Shown piece by piece: positions 28,001-37,600 of a stretch of DNA of 64,000 bases; position 1 is the first letter of the stretch; every line of letters begins with the position of its first letter. The notes beneath the pieces were generated by a model that saw nothing but the letters and a program-made list of their open reading frames with translations, had not been told where the DNA came from and did no database searches. The DNA is from a virus. Its lineage: Duplodnaviria; Caudoviricetes. A program made the position numbers and the translations under genes. The DNA lies in the IMG/VR virus record IMGVR_UViG_645948442_000001, positions 1-64,000 of that record; one strand, written 5' to 3'.

Positions 28001-30739
28001 ATGATTCAAGGTAACACCAAATTTTACACATCGGCATTCAAGCGAGGCCAACACATCTATGTGCGCCTGGTGGATGCCGTCACGGGCGAGAGGACGATGC
28101 AGAAGATTGACTGCAAGCCCTATTTGTTCATGATCGCCTCGCCGGGCGCCCAGGTGGATGCCCGTGGCCAGCGCAACGAGCCGCTGACGCGAGTTGACTT
28201 CGACAACGTCTATGAGTTCGAGCAGTTCATGGACCGCTACACAGGAGTCGAGGGCATGAAACTGTACGGTTGCCGGGATGTGCTGGTGCAGTTTCTCGCC
28301 AACGAGTACAAGGCTGAAGTCAACTACAACTTCCTCAAGATTCGCGGGGGCATGCTGGACATCGAAGTCAACTCCAACGACTTCGAATTGGACGAAGAGG
28401 GGAAGATCAGCAAGGTGATCAAGGGGCCTTTCCCAGAGCCAGCAGAGGCTCTGTACCCCATCAACTCCATCGACTACTACGACACCCAGTCCAAGACGCA
28501 CGTGGCTCTGGGCCTGGAGTGGGCCGAGAACAGCAAGGGGCAGAAGGTCCACCTGGGCACATACGTCCAGGACAAGAGTTGCGCCAAGACGGGCAAGCTG
28601 AGCATTCTGTACAAGGGGTTCGAAACCGAGGCAGACCTGCTCAAGTTCTTCCTGGACCTGATCGGGGCCATGGGGCCTGAGTACCTGTCCGGCTGGAACA
28701 GCAACACGTTTGACATGACCTACATGGTCAACCGCATCAAGAAGGTGCTGGGCCCGAAGGAAGCCAATCGTCTGAGCCCTTGGGGTATGATACGAGAACG
28801 CAAGTTCGTGGGCAAGTTTGGCCGGGAGGAAAGCGAGTACACCATATACGGCGTGTCCCTGCTGGACTACAAGGATCTGGTGGACAAGCACGCATACGTG
28901 GAGTTGGCCAACAAGAAGCTCAATACCGCTGGCGAGCACTTCTTGGGTGAGACGAAGATGGACTATGACCAGCAGCAGGGTCTGGCCGGTCTGTATTTCC
29001 TCAAGTACCAGGACCACATCACGTACAACATCCAAGACGTTGAGCTCATCGTCCGCTTGGAGGCCAAGCTGAAGTTCCTGGAGCTCACATACACCCTGGC
29101 CTACATGTTCCACTGCGATCCGGGCGAGACTCTGGGCACCGTGTCTCCTTGGTCCTGCATGTCTTACTGGAAGTTGAACGGTCGCAACGAGCAGCCTGAA
29201 TTGCGGCCAGTTTTCGATGGCGACATCGAATATCTGGGGGGTTACGTGGAAGAGCCGGTTCCTGGCCGCTATCGCTGGATCGCGTCCATCGACGCCCAGT
29301 CTCTCTATCCACACAACATCATGCAGTTCAACCTGGGTGTCGAAACCCTGGTCGATGAGGACACCAGCTGGACCATACGCATGGAACTGGTGGAAGAGCT
29401 CAAGCGTGCTGAGCAGACCCCTTACATCGTCAGGCTGACCCGGGCTATCGCCAATCGGGAACTCATCAACGACTTCTACTGGGAGGAGATTTTTGAGTTC
29501 GAGACACTCAAGCGTCACAAGGTGCTGATGGCGCCGAACTGTACCTTCTATACTTACGAACGCCAGTCCCTGTTCAGTGAATTCTGCGAGGAAATCTACA
29601 CGGGCCGCTCCAAGGTCAAGAAGCTCATGCTTCAGAAGGAGCAGGAGCTTGAGAACATCAAGCACACCCTGTCCCCCCAGGAGATTTTCGCACGTGAGAG
29701 TGAGATCACCGCACTGCACAACAAGCAGCAGGCGTTCAAAATTGCGATGAACTCGCTTTATGGCGCCCTGGCCAACAAGTGGTTCCGCGAATACTTCAAC
29801 ATCAACATCGCCGAGGCCATCACCTCTGCTGGGCAGAATGGCGTGCGGTTCATCAGCCACCGCCTGAACATGTGGCTGGACGAGAAGTGCGGCACCAAGG
29901 GCTACAAGTATGCCTTCTACAACGACACTGACTCGGTGTACGTCACATTCGACAAGCTGGTGAACATGCACTTCACTGATGAACAGCAGGAGAAGGAACC
30001 CACCAAGGTCATCGAATGGATGGACAACCTGATCAAGACCGAGCTGGATGACAAGCTGATCAGCTGGGCCGAGGAGCTGGCTAAGTCGTTGAACTGCCAG
30101 TGGAACAAGCTGATCTTCAAGCGCGAAGCCCTGGCGTCTGACGGTGTGTGGTGCGCCAAGAAGCGTTACGCCATGATGGTGTACGACAATGAGGGTGTGA
30201 AGTTCAAGGAACCCATCCTCAAGTTCACCGGCCTGGAAGCCAAGAAGTCCAACTATCCTGCGTTCTGCCGGGGCTGGATGAAGGAGTGCTACAAGCTGGC
30301 CATGACGAAGGGCGAGGAGGCTGTCCAGAAGCGCATCGCTGAGGTTCGCAAGCTGTACTATGCCATGGCACCCCACCAGATTGCCTCGCCGTCTGGCGTG
30401 AGTGAAGTGGAGAAGTACATGGATGGGCATGGGGGATTTGTGAAAGGCACCCCGATCAACTCCAAGGCCGCCATCAACCACAACGCCATCGTCCAGCGCA
30501 AGGGGCTCAATGTGCCTCTGGTGGGTCAGTCAGACAAAATCCTGATGTTGCCTCTCAAGGGCACCACCATCGATGTGATCGGCTTCCAGGAGTTTCTGCC
30601 ACCTGAATTCCAGCTGGACAAGTTCATCGACCACAAGAGTGCCTTCGAGAAGGCTTTCTTGAGCCCCATCCAAAACTTCATCACGCCTCTGGGATGGACG
30701 ACCACTCCGGTGGCCAAGCTGGGTGCATTCTTCGTGTAA
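28001..30739 (+). CDS. gp43: B-family DNA polymerase gp43
   Basis: LDIEV, GWNSNTFD, YNIQDV exonuclease motifs; DAQSLYP, KIAMNSLYG, YNDTDS, KKRY. Confidence 0.97.
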   Translation: MIQGNTKFYTSAFKRGQHIYVRLVDAVTGERTMQKIDCKPYLFMIASPGAQVDARGQRNEPLTRVDFDNVYEFEQFMDRYTGVEGMKLYGCRDVLVQFLANEYKAEVNYNFLKIRGGMLDIEVNSNDFELDEEGKISKVIKGPFPEPAEALYPINSIDYYDTQSKTHVALGLEWAENSKGQKVHLGTYVQDKSCAKTGKLSILYKGFETEADLLKFFLDLIGAMGPEYLSGWNSNTFDMTYMVNRIKKVLGPKEANRLSPWGMIRERKFVGKFGREESEYTIYGVSLLDYKDLVDKHAYVELANKKLNTAGEHFLGETKMDYDQQQGLAGLYFLKYQDHITYNIQDVELIVRLEAKLKFLELTYTLAYMFHCDPGETLGTVSPWSCMSYWKLNGRNEQPELRPVFDGDIEYLGGYVEEPVPGRYRWIASIDAQSLYPHNIMQFNLGVETLVDEDTSWTIRMELVEELKRAEQTPYIVRLTRAIANRELINDFYWEEIFEFETLKRHKVLMAPNCTFYTYERQSLFSEFCEEIYTGRSKVKKLMLQKEQELENIKHTLSPQEIFARESEITALHNKQQAFKIAMNSLYGALANKWFREYFNINIAEAITSAGQNGVRFISHRLNMWLDEKCGTKGYKYAFYNDTDSVYVTFDKLVNMHFTDEQQEKEPTKVIEWMDNLIKTELDDKLISWAEELAKSLNCQWNKLIFKREALASDGVWCAKKRYAMMVYDNEGVKFKEPILKFTGLEAKKSNYPAFCRGWMKECYKLAMTKGEEAVQKRIAEVRKLYYAMAPHQIASPSGVSEVEKYMDGHGGFVKGTPINSKAAINHNAIVQRKGLNVPLVGQSDKILMLPLKGTTIDVIGFQEFLPPEFQLDKFIDHKSAFEKAFLSPIQNFITPLGWTTTPVAKLGAFFV

Positions 30740-30778
30740 ATACAAGGTGGGGGCGCAGCCCCCACTTCAAGGAGCAAA

Positions 30779-31321
30779 ATGAGCGATTCAAACAGATTCG
30801 ACCTGTCCGTCGAGATCGGCCAGAGGGTGAACTTCATGGGTTCGGCCAAGATGGTCACAGCATTCGAGGAAATCCTAAACAGGAATGAGATTCCTCCCGA
30901 GAGTGGCCTGATGCTGCTGTTGGACAAGACCCACTACACAGGCGGTGATGTGCCTGAGGACAAGGCCATCGTCAAGGAGTTCATCAGGCTGTTGACCGAG
31001 GAGCCCGGCTCCTTTCACACCTTCGATGAAGCCTGCCACGCGATCAAGCTGGGTCTCACCCTGATCCAAGCATACTGGCAGCAGCGGCGTGAGGAGAAGC
31101 GATCCAAAATCAAGACAGTAGAAGGTTGCGCTGCCGGGGTCGTGGCCACAGCACTGATCAGCGTCATGGCCCCCTGGTGCGTGCTGGCCATCATCCCGTT
31201 CTGCGCCGCTGGCGGTCTGGCTCTCTTCAAGGAGTCCACTGCTTCCCAACTGGCGCCCCCTGTCTACGAGCGCATCAAGCTCATGCTCCAGGCCGGGAGA
31301 GAGCAGAGTCGGGTTTTGTAG
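30779..31321 (+). CDS. Hypothetical membrane protein
   Basis: SD AAGGAG; C-terminal hydrophobic hairpin. Confidence 0.7.
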   Translation: MSDSNRFDLSVEIGQRVNFMGSAKMVTAFEEILNRNEIPPESGLMLLLDKTHYTGGDVPEDKAIVKEFIRLLTEEPGSFHTFDEACHAIKLGLTLIQAYWQQRREEKRSKIKTVEGCAAGVVATALISVMAPWCVLAIIPFCAAGGLALFKESTASQLAPPVYERIKLMLQAGREQSRVL

Positions 31322-31346
31322 GCTATAATACCAGGAAGGAGTTCAC

Positions 31347-32132
31347 ATGAGCAACACACTGCACGAAGGGTTCAAGTTTGGTGACCCTGGGCTGATCAAC
31401 ATCCGTGGCACAAACGGATCAGGCAAGTCCACAATCGTCAAGCGTTACATCCCCAAGGGTGCCGTCCAGAAGCGGTTTGACGACATCGGCACCACCTATT
31501 ACGACTGCGGCACCCACTTTGTGGTCGGTCGCTATGAGACAGACTGTGGAGGCCTGGATGCTGTCCGGGGCACCTACGACCCCAAGACTGGACAGGGCAT
31601 TCGCCCATTCGAGGCTGGGCAGATCGCTATCGGGCGCTTGGCTCCACTGAAGACCACATTCGCTGAGGGCGTGATCTACGGCACCACGTTCAAGGGGTCC
31701 AAGGAGGTCCACGACGAACTGGCCAAGACCAACACGCCATACTTCTGGTTCAGCATCGACATGCCGTTCCAGGAGGTGTTCGATTCGGTGCTGCTGCGCC
31801 GTGTGAAATCGGGCAATGCTGACCCCCTGTCCACGGAGAACATAGCCAAGAAGTTTCGGCCTGTACTCGCCAGCCTCGACAAGGCAGTCGACGCGGGATT
31901 GTGGACCATCTACGGCCACCGAGACGTCATCGCTCAGAACGTGGACGATCTGGTCAACAATCGGCCGCTGACCAATGCTGATCTGATTGGTCGCAAGCCC
32001 GACCTCACCAAATTCAACAAGGAGGCGCAGGTGTGGTTCGACAAGGGCACCGTCTCCCCAACCCAGGAAATGATCGACGAGCATTTCCCAAAACCGACGA
32101 CCCATGGGCTGGGCGGATTTTTCAAAGGATGA
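31347..32132 (+). CDS. P-loop nucleotide kinase, probable 5-hmdU DNA kinase component
   Basis: INIRGTNGSGKST Walker A, VVGRY...CGGLD, EGV; own GGCTATAAT promoter at 31321-31329. Confidence 0.72.
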   Translation: MSNTLHEGFKFGDPGLINIRGTNGSGKSTIVKRYIPKGAVQKRFDDIGTTYYDCGTHFVVGRYETDCGGLDAVRGTYDPKTGQGIRPFEAGQIAIGRLAPLKTTFAEGVIYGTTFKGSKEVHDELAKTNTPYFWFSIDMPFQEVFDSVLLRRVKSGNADPLSTENIAKKFRPVLASLDKAVDAGLWTIYGHRDVIAQNVDDLVNNRPLTNADLIGRKPDLTKFNKEAQVWFDKGTVSPTQEMIDEHFPKPTTHGLGGFFKG

Positions 32133-32136
32133 AACC

Positions 32137-32454
32137 ATGTTCCAAGGCAAAGAATACAGTGGCTTGACGGAAGCCGAGGCCGACAAGGCAATCGCAGAAC
32201 TGACCCCGCTGGAGAAGATGATCGCAGAGAAGTTGGCCAATGCCTTCCATGCTTCTCTGGTCAAGTTCTCTGGTCAAGGCGTGGACCTGAAAACGCTCAC
32301 TCCCCTTCACAGCTTCGATGTGGGCCTGACGGTCAATCTGGAAGCAACCCAAGACCTGGTGTCTCTGGTTGGTGAGAAAGCGGCCTTCAACGCAGTGGCC
32401 GAACATCTCGGCAAGCAGATTCTGACGAAGGTCATGGAGCAGCAGCCGCGCTGA
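32137..32454 (+). CDS. Hypothetical protein
   Basis: SD AGGA, phage codon usage, followed by a terminator. Confidence 0.7.
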   Translation: MFQGKEYSGLTEAEADKAIAELTPLEKMIAEKLANAFHASLVKFSGQGVDLKTLTPLHSFDVGLTVNLEATQDLVSLVGEKAAFNAVAEHLGKQILTKVMEQQPR

Positions 32455-32472
32455 TCAGAGTTGGTCAAAAGA

Positions 32473-32505
32473 AATCCCCCTGAGCGTGAGCCCAGGGGGA
32501 TTTTT
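32473..32505. terminator. Bidirectional terminator
   Basis: AAATCCCCCTG..CAGGGGGATTTTT between convergent genes. Confidence 0.8.
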
Positions 32506-32535
32506 GTTGCTGAAGGAGGGTCGCCCCTCCTTTCA

Positions 32536-33855
32536 TCAGGCGGTGATGCCCTTGATCAGCAGCTTGCGGCCATAGCCGTTTTCGCCTTGACCCAGACCCA
32601 GACCCGTGGGCTTGGTGCCGTCGGCCTTTTGGGCGTAGAACGGGTTGGCGACCACGCCGTAACGGGTCTTGAAGGCCAGGCGGGGGTTCATGGAGTCTTC
32701 ACCCAGACCACGGTACATTTCCAGAGGAGTGTACGGTGCGTAGAAGATACCAGCGTCCAGTTCGCTCTCGCCCTTGTAGACGATGTTGATGTAGTCCAGC
32801 ACAGCATACGGGTCGATGAAGACCTTCATGCCGTTGGCCAGCACACCAGCGAACGTTTGGCCAGTGGCGTCCACGTCCAGACCAGCGTTGGCTGCCATCG
32901 CGGGGGTGAAGTCCAGCATGCCGGCCATCGCCAGGGCCGAGGCCACGTTGGCGGAGCACAGCAGGCGGTTGCCCTTGCCACGACGAGTGTCGATGGCAAT
33001 CGCGTTGGCTTCCAGTTCGATGCGGAACATCAGGCCCTTCAGGCGCTCCACCAGCCAGCGGCCATCGGTGTCAGTCATCAGGTCGAAGATGCCGGCGCCG
33101 CCGAAGCCGAGCTTGGACGAAACGTTCAGGGTGCGGATGAACTCACGGTTCATTTCAGCCTGGATTTCGTTCACCAGCATGTCAGACAGGATCGCATCCA
33201 CGTCTTCGCCATGCACGGCGGCCATGTCCTGACGCAGCTCATGGCTGTAGTCAGCGTACAGGCCACGGCCCTTGGCAGACACGGACTGCTTCTCAACAGT
33301 CACAGCCATCTTGCCCCAGACCTTGCCACCCGTGGTGCCGAGAGTTTCCATCTCAGCGGTCGTCATGCCCTTGCCGTATGCAGGGTCAGCGCCGGAAGTG
33401 CCGCCAGTGAACTGATCCACCAGAGCCTTCGTGAAGCCGGAAGGGTCACCAGCGTCCACGGTGCCGTCACCGGAGTGGCCGGACTTGATGTCTTGGTAGA
33501 ACGCTTCATCACCAGTCTGGTTGTTGTAGCGAGCACGCATTGCGAAGATCAGGCCGTCAGGAGTGCCCAGAGGTTGGGTGCCCATGAAGTCCAGAGCGAT
33601 CAGGTTCGGCGTGGAACGCTTCACCATCGAGATCAGCACGGGAGACCAAGTGGCCACTGCACCAGTGGAGTTGCCAGGAGCGGCAGCTTCACCCAGGAAA
33701 CGGCGGTTTTCGTTGCACCACTGGGATTGGTTCTCCAGCAGGCGGGTCATGATGTCACGGCGAGACAGAGCCTTGCTCTTGTACTCATCCTTGTTATCCA
33801 GGACCGGCGCCCAGTCCTGGCGCATCTTTTCGGTAACCAGTTGACGTTGCGTCAT
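32536..33855 (-). CDS. gp23: Major capsid protein gp23
   Basis: PVLISMVKR..PNLIA, GTQPL..P.GLIFAMR, ELRQDM.AVHG, FYAPYTPL, FKTRYGVVANPF. Confidence 0.97.
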   Translation of the reverse strand: MTQRQLVTEKMRQDWAPVLDNKDEYKSKALSRRDIMTRLLENQSQWCNENRRFLGEAAAPGNSTGAVATWSPVLISMVKRSTPNLIALDFMGTQPLGTPDGLIFAMRARYNNQTGDEAFYQDIKSGHSGDGTVDAGDPSGFTKALVDQFTGGTSGADPAYGKGMTTAEMETLGTTGGKVWGKMAVTVEKQSVSAKGRGLYADYSHELRQDMAAVHGEDVDAILSDMLVNEIQAEMNREFIRTLNVSSKLGFGGAGIFDLMTDTDGRWLVERLKGLMFRIELEANAIAIDTRRGKGNRLLCSANVASALAMAGMLDFTPAMAANAGLDVDATGQTFAGVLANGMKVFIDPYAVLDYINIVYKGESELDAGIFYAPYTPLEMYRGLGEDSMNPRLAFKTRYGVVANPFYAQKADGTKPTGLGLGQGENGYGRKLLIKGITA

Positions 33856-33901
33856 CTTAAACTCACTTTCAAAGTTGAGGGGAGAAACCCCTGTTGCTTC
33901 C

Positions 33902-33987
33902 TACTTAGGGAGCCTTAATCGATGGGTCAACCCAAGGGCCGACCTCATTCGTATCAGGACTTTCTCCCAACCTACACAACTACTTAG
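33902..33987 (-). promoter_or_regulatory. Two late promoter boxes (CTAAGTA) upstream of gp23
   Basis: TACTTAG on the + strand at 33902-33908 and 33981-33987. Confidence 0.7.
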
Positions 33988-34002
33988 TCGCGTTGGTATT
34001 GA

Positions 34003-34788
34003 TTAGGCCGAGGGGGTTTCCAGACGGCCAGAGGACAGATAACGGGCTGCTTGGGCGGCCAGGCTTTCCGTGCCTTCGGTCAGTTGCTTCTGCTCGGGAG
34101 CACCAGCTGCGTTGTCTACGCCAGCACCGGCACCTTCGGTCAGGGTCTGCTTGTTCGGGGCGCCAGGGGCGACCGACTCGGTCAGAGCCTTGAACGTTTC
34201 CTTCAAGTCGCTCAGGCGCGTGGTGAACTGGTCCACGGTGCATGCGCCCATGGATTCCACCAGGCGGGTGAAGCGGTCAGCGGACACGTCCGTCATGCCT
34301 TGAGTGGCCTCTGCCAGCAGGGCGCCCTTGGCGCGCTTGTCTTCGGCTTCGTTGATGGCGGCCAGCTCTGTGCGCAGAGTCTTGATCTCAGATTCCTTCA
34401 GGTCCACGGCCTGGCGCATCTTCTCGACCGACTCAGCCAGTTGGGCGTCACCAGTCAGATTGAGGATAGCGAAGGACTCATGCAGCTGAGCGATGGCAGC
34501 GATGGCCATCTCGTTGCGTGCGCTTTCCACCAGAGCCTCGCCATTCTCAGCGAAGAACTGGTTGGTGGCTTCCTGCAGGGCAGCTGCCAGGGTGGCCACG
34601 GCGCCTGCGACGGCTTCGTCCACGCGAGCTTCGAAGCGTTGTTCAGCCGATTCCTGGATTTGGGCCACAGCCTCATCCAGCTTCACCTGCACAGCGGCTT
34701 TCACTTGCGATTCATGAATCTGGGAGACACGAGCAGTCACATCGCTGCTGATGCCTGCGCTCTCCAGAAGTTGCTTCAGTTCATCCAT
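34003..34788 (-). CDS. gp22: Prohead core scaffold gp22
   Basis: Acidic coiled coil with many L-x-E sites, between gp21 and gp23; SD AAGGAG. Confidence 0.85.
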   Translation of the reverse strand: MDELKQLLESAGISSDVTARVSQIHESQVKAAVQVKLDEAVAQIQESAEQRFEARVDEAVAGAVATLAAALQEATNQFFAENGEALVESARNEMAIAAIAQLHESFAILNLTGDAQLAESVEKMRQAVDLKESEIKTLRTELAAINEAEDKRAKGALLAEATQGMTDVSADRFTRLVESMGACTVDQFTTRLSDLKETFKALTESVAPGAPNKQTLTEGAGAGVDNAAGAPEQKQLTEGTESLAAQAARYLSSGRLETPSA

Positions 34789-34799
34789 ATCAAACTCCT

Positions 34800-35492
34800 T
34801 CAAACAAACATCGACACGTGCGAAGTGCCCGCGCCCTTTTGCCTCTCAATGTACTTATCCAGCGCATTGAGAAGCGCGGTTTCGTCAATCCGCTTGGCCT
34901 CTGGCGTGGCCGGGGCGGCGGTCTCGACGATCTCCTTGATGGTCGTTTTGGACCAGATGCCTGTCGGCGCCTGGACCCAGGACTCATTCAAGGCTCCCAC
35001 GTAGCAGACTTGGCCGGATGGCCGGTCTACTGCGTCGATTGCGTTGAGCTCATACTCGGTGACGTCGTCGATCCCGTCATACCCAGTGGACACATCACCA
35101 AGGCCCCGCGTGGACACGCCCAGGTTGAAACCTGCGTCCAGGAGACACTTGATGATACGGCCATCCTCCATCTCTTCAAGCACGAGGGCCTTGCCTGCGA
35201 CGTTGTCACCTTGCCAAGTCAAGGACTTGGTCAGCAGGGCCGCCCGCTTGATGTCAGGGAACGGGTATTCAGGGTGATTGAGTTCACCAATTGCTCGACG
35301 ATCCTGGACATAATCCTGGACATACCGATCAACCACACCTTCCATCAGCGACTTGCGATAGCGCCGACGGTTGCGGTTTGGCTTCTCGGTCATGATGAAG
35401 TTGCCCTCAAGGAACAACTTCCGCCCTTGCTTGGTCTGTTCGTTGAGAACCTCAACTCGCTCGACCGATTCGACCAGCAGTTTATTGCTCAC
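34800..35492 (-). CDS. gp21: Prohead protease gp21
   Basis: LEGNF..E..NRNRRRY, AIGELNHP, GVSTRGLG, DAVDRPS. Confidence 0.95.
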   Translation of the reverse strand: MSNKLLVESVERVEVLNEQTKQGRKLFLEGNFIMTEKPNRNRRRYRKSLMEGVVDRYVQDYVQDRRAIGELNHPEYPFPDIKRAALLTKSLTWQGDNVAGKALVLEEMEDGRIIKCLLDAGFNLGVSTRGLGDVSTGYDGIDDVTEYELNAIDAVDRPSGQVCYVGALNESWVQAPTGIWSKTTIKEIVETAAPATPEAKRIDETALLNALDKYIERQKGAGTSHVSMFV

Positions 35493-35761
35493 AACCCATA
35501 CCTCGCTCGGAATTTGAATGCCTTCTTGACCTTCCTGGCCGTCTTCGTCTGAAGAGAAGCACCCTGTGCAGCCTTGTTCTTGACCATCTTGCGAGACGCA
35601 ACCCGCATGGTCTGCTTCTCAGATGCACCGATGGGAACGCAGGCCGTACCAGTGTCGTTCAGCTTGTAGCCAGGAGGGCACTTCAGACGCTTGTTCTTCG
35701 CACCCCTGGAATCCACTTGGACCCAGAAGCGTTCAGCAATCATCTTCAGCAGATCGCTCAT
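35489..35761 (-). CDS. Prohead core protein (gp68-like)
   Basis: Small basic protein directly upstream of gp21; late box at 35783-35789. Confidence 0.65.
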   Translation of the reverse strand: MSDLLKMIAERFWVQVDSRGAKNKRLKCPPGYKLNDTGTACVPIGASEKQTMRVASRKMVKNKAAQGASLQTKTARKVKKAFKFRARYGL

Positions 35762-35794
35762 GTTGATTACCCTCCATGGAGATACTTAGTCAAG

Positions 35795-37522
35795 TCATTC
35801 TTCGCTTGATTCGGGCTTAGGAGCTGGCTTATCCTTCTTCGGTGGGGGAGCGTCACCCCCATCGTCGCCGGAGCCGCCGAACGGGTCTCCCCCAGGCTCT
35901 ATTCCCATTGCCGCACCGAACTCAGACATGTCCTTTTTGATCAGGGTGTCCTCCTTGGCGCGCTCATCGTCCGTCAGCTTGAGAATCTTCTCCTGGATGA
36001 AGCTCCGAGACACCAGGGTGTTCAGCCCGGCTGCGGAAGCAGCGGCTTCCATCCTATCACGCATCTGGCTTGCTTCCTTCTGGTCTTCCACATAGGAATC
36101 GCCAGCGAATTCGAAAGAGATGTATGGGCCGATGTCCTTCTCGTACTCCTCCTCGGTGCAGATGCCCTTGAGCACCAGCTGAGTCTTGAGGAGCTGACTG
36201 AAGATCATGGCGTACCGACGACGCAGGCGCTGGATGAACTTGTTGAACTTCCATTCGTCCCGCGTGATCTCACCACCGTTGCCCCCGAACAGAGCACTGG
36301 CGCCGTCTGTCTCCAGACGACCCACAGGCACGTTCAGAGCACGGAACATGACTTTCTGGAAGTACAGAATGTCTTCGATCTGGCCCAGGTTCTGGCCAGC
36401 CTGGAGGGTGGTGATCTCAGAACCACGCTGACCCTCGCGACGAGCCATGAACATGTCCTGGATGACAGACTCTTGAGTCGTGGCGCCAGACACCTTGCCT
36501 GTGACCGAGTCATAGTAGAACTGGGTGCGCGCATTGCGAGCGTACTCAGCCACCATCTCGCGAGATGCTTTGGGTGGCAGGGAGCCAACGTCCACATAGT
36601 GAACACGGCGCTCAGGCGCTCGCGTCATGCGATAGATGACCATCGCGTCGCGCATCATCTTCAAGTTGTTCAGCGGCTTGCGGGCTTTCTCCAGATGGCT
36701 GAAGATCAGACCGCCGTCAGGCGACAGCAGACCACTGTGGCAGAAAGCAATCATCTTGGTGTCAATCCTGAGCACCTCCTTGATCGCAGTCACACGCAGA
36801 CCGTTGCTGATGGGGGATGGGGTCGTCAGGCTGCCACCATACGTGGCGTCAATGGCCCAGCTGGGGTTGTACAGGAAATATTCAGCCTCATTGGTGATGA
36901 CCTCCCGACGCTCCTTGTTGTCCACCTTGCGTTCGATGTGCTGTACCTTCTTGAGTGCCCGAGGGTCCAGCTGGATCAGCATCTGGATGCCCTCTCCGGG
37001 TTTCTCATTGTTCACGATGATCTGGAAATACTGACGACCATCAGTGTACCACTGGCGCACCTTCTCGTACCCCGTCTGGCGGAAGTCCATCAGATGAAGC
37101 AGATAGTCAAACTCAGTGGCAATCTTCTTGAGAGTGGACTTGCTCACAGCATCAGAGCCGTCCGGCTTCTGTCGCATCTTCACGTTGACAGGGGACACAT
37201 CTTCGTCAGTGGTGACCATAGCGTTGATGACGTCATCCACCGCGATGTCCACATCTGGGTCTTGGGTCATCGAGCGATACTCGTTCACCAACATCGCCCC
37301 AGTCTGGAACGATGCCTCAATGGCTGTGCCCGGGTTGGAGAACAGAGACTGGTCGATCATGTGACCGCCCGAGTCGTCCGGCATCTGCAACATCTGGGAA
37401 AGCAGTGCCTTCTTGTCTTCTTCCTTCTTGTCCTTGAGCCGGTCATTGTTGGCCCAACCGTCCCGGTTGAACACTTGGGCAAACCGGCCTGCCGCCCCGA
37501 AGTTGAAATTGAATGCTGGCAC
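35795..37522 (-). CDS. gp20: Portal vertex protein gp20
   Basis: WYTDGR, LEKARKPLNNLKMMRDAMVIYRMTRAPERR, YFQK..FRALNVP, EITRDE.KF.KFI.RLR. Confidence 0.97.
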   Translation of the reverse strand: MPAFNFNFGAAGRFAQVFNRDGWANNDRLKDKKEEDKKALLSQMLQMPDDSGGHMIDQSLFSNPGTAIEASFQTGAMLVNEYRSMTQDPDVDIAVDDVINAMVTTDEDVSPVNVKMRQKPDGSDAVSKSTLKKIATEFDYLLHLMDFRQTGYEKVRQWYTDGRQYFQIIVNNEKPGEGIQMLIQLDPRALKKVQHIERKVDNKERREVITNEAEYFLYNPSWAIDATYGGSLTTPSPISNGLRVTAIKEVLRIDTKMIAFCHSGLLSPDGGLIFSHLEKARKPLNNLKMMRDAMVIYRMTRAPERRVHYVDVGSLPPKASREMVAEYARNARTQFYYDSVTGKVSGATTQESVIQDMFMARREGQRGSEITTLQAGQNLGQIEDILYFQKVMFRALNVPVGRLETDGASALFGGNGGEITRDEWKFNKFIQRLRRRYAMIFSQLLKTQLVLKGICTEEEYEKDIGPYISFEFAGDSYVEDQKEASQMRDRMEAAASAAGLNTLVSRSFIQEKILKLTDDERAKEDTLIKKDMSEFGAAMGIEPGGDPFGGSGDDGGDAPPPKKDKPAPKPESSEE

Positions 37523-37550
37523 TGTCAGCCTCCCCTATGGTATAACACCT

Positions 37551-37591
37551 GTATTTAGCAAAAGAAAAGCCCCTCCAGTTGAGGAGGGGCT
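37551..37591 (-). repeat. Terminator plus late-promoter cassette, copy 1
   Basis: Identical to 51673-51712 except for one loop base. Confidence 0.8.
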
Positions 37592-37600
37592 TGAGTCAGA

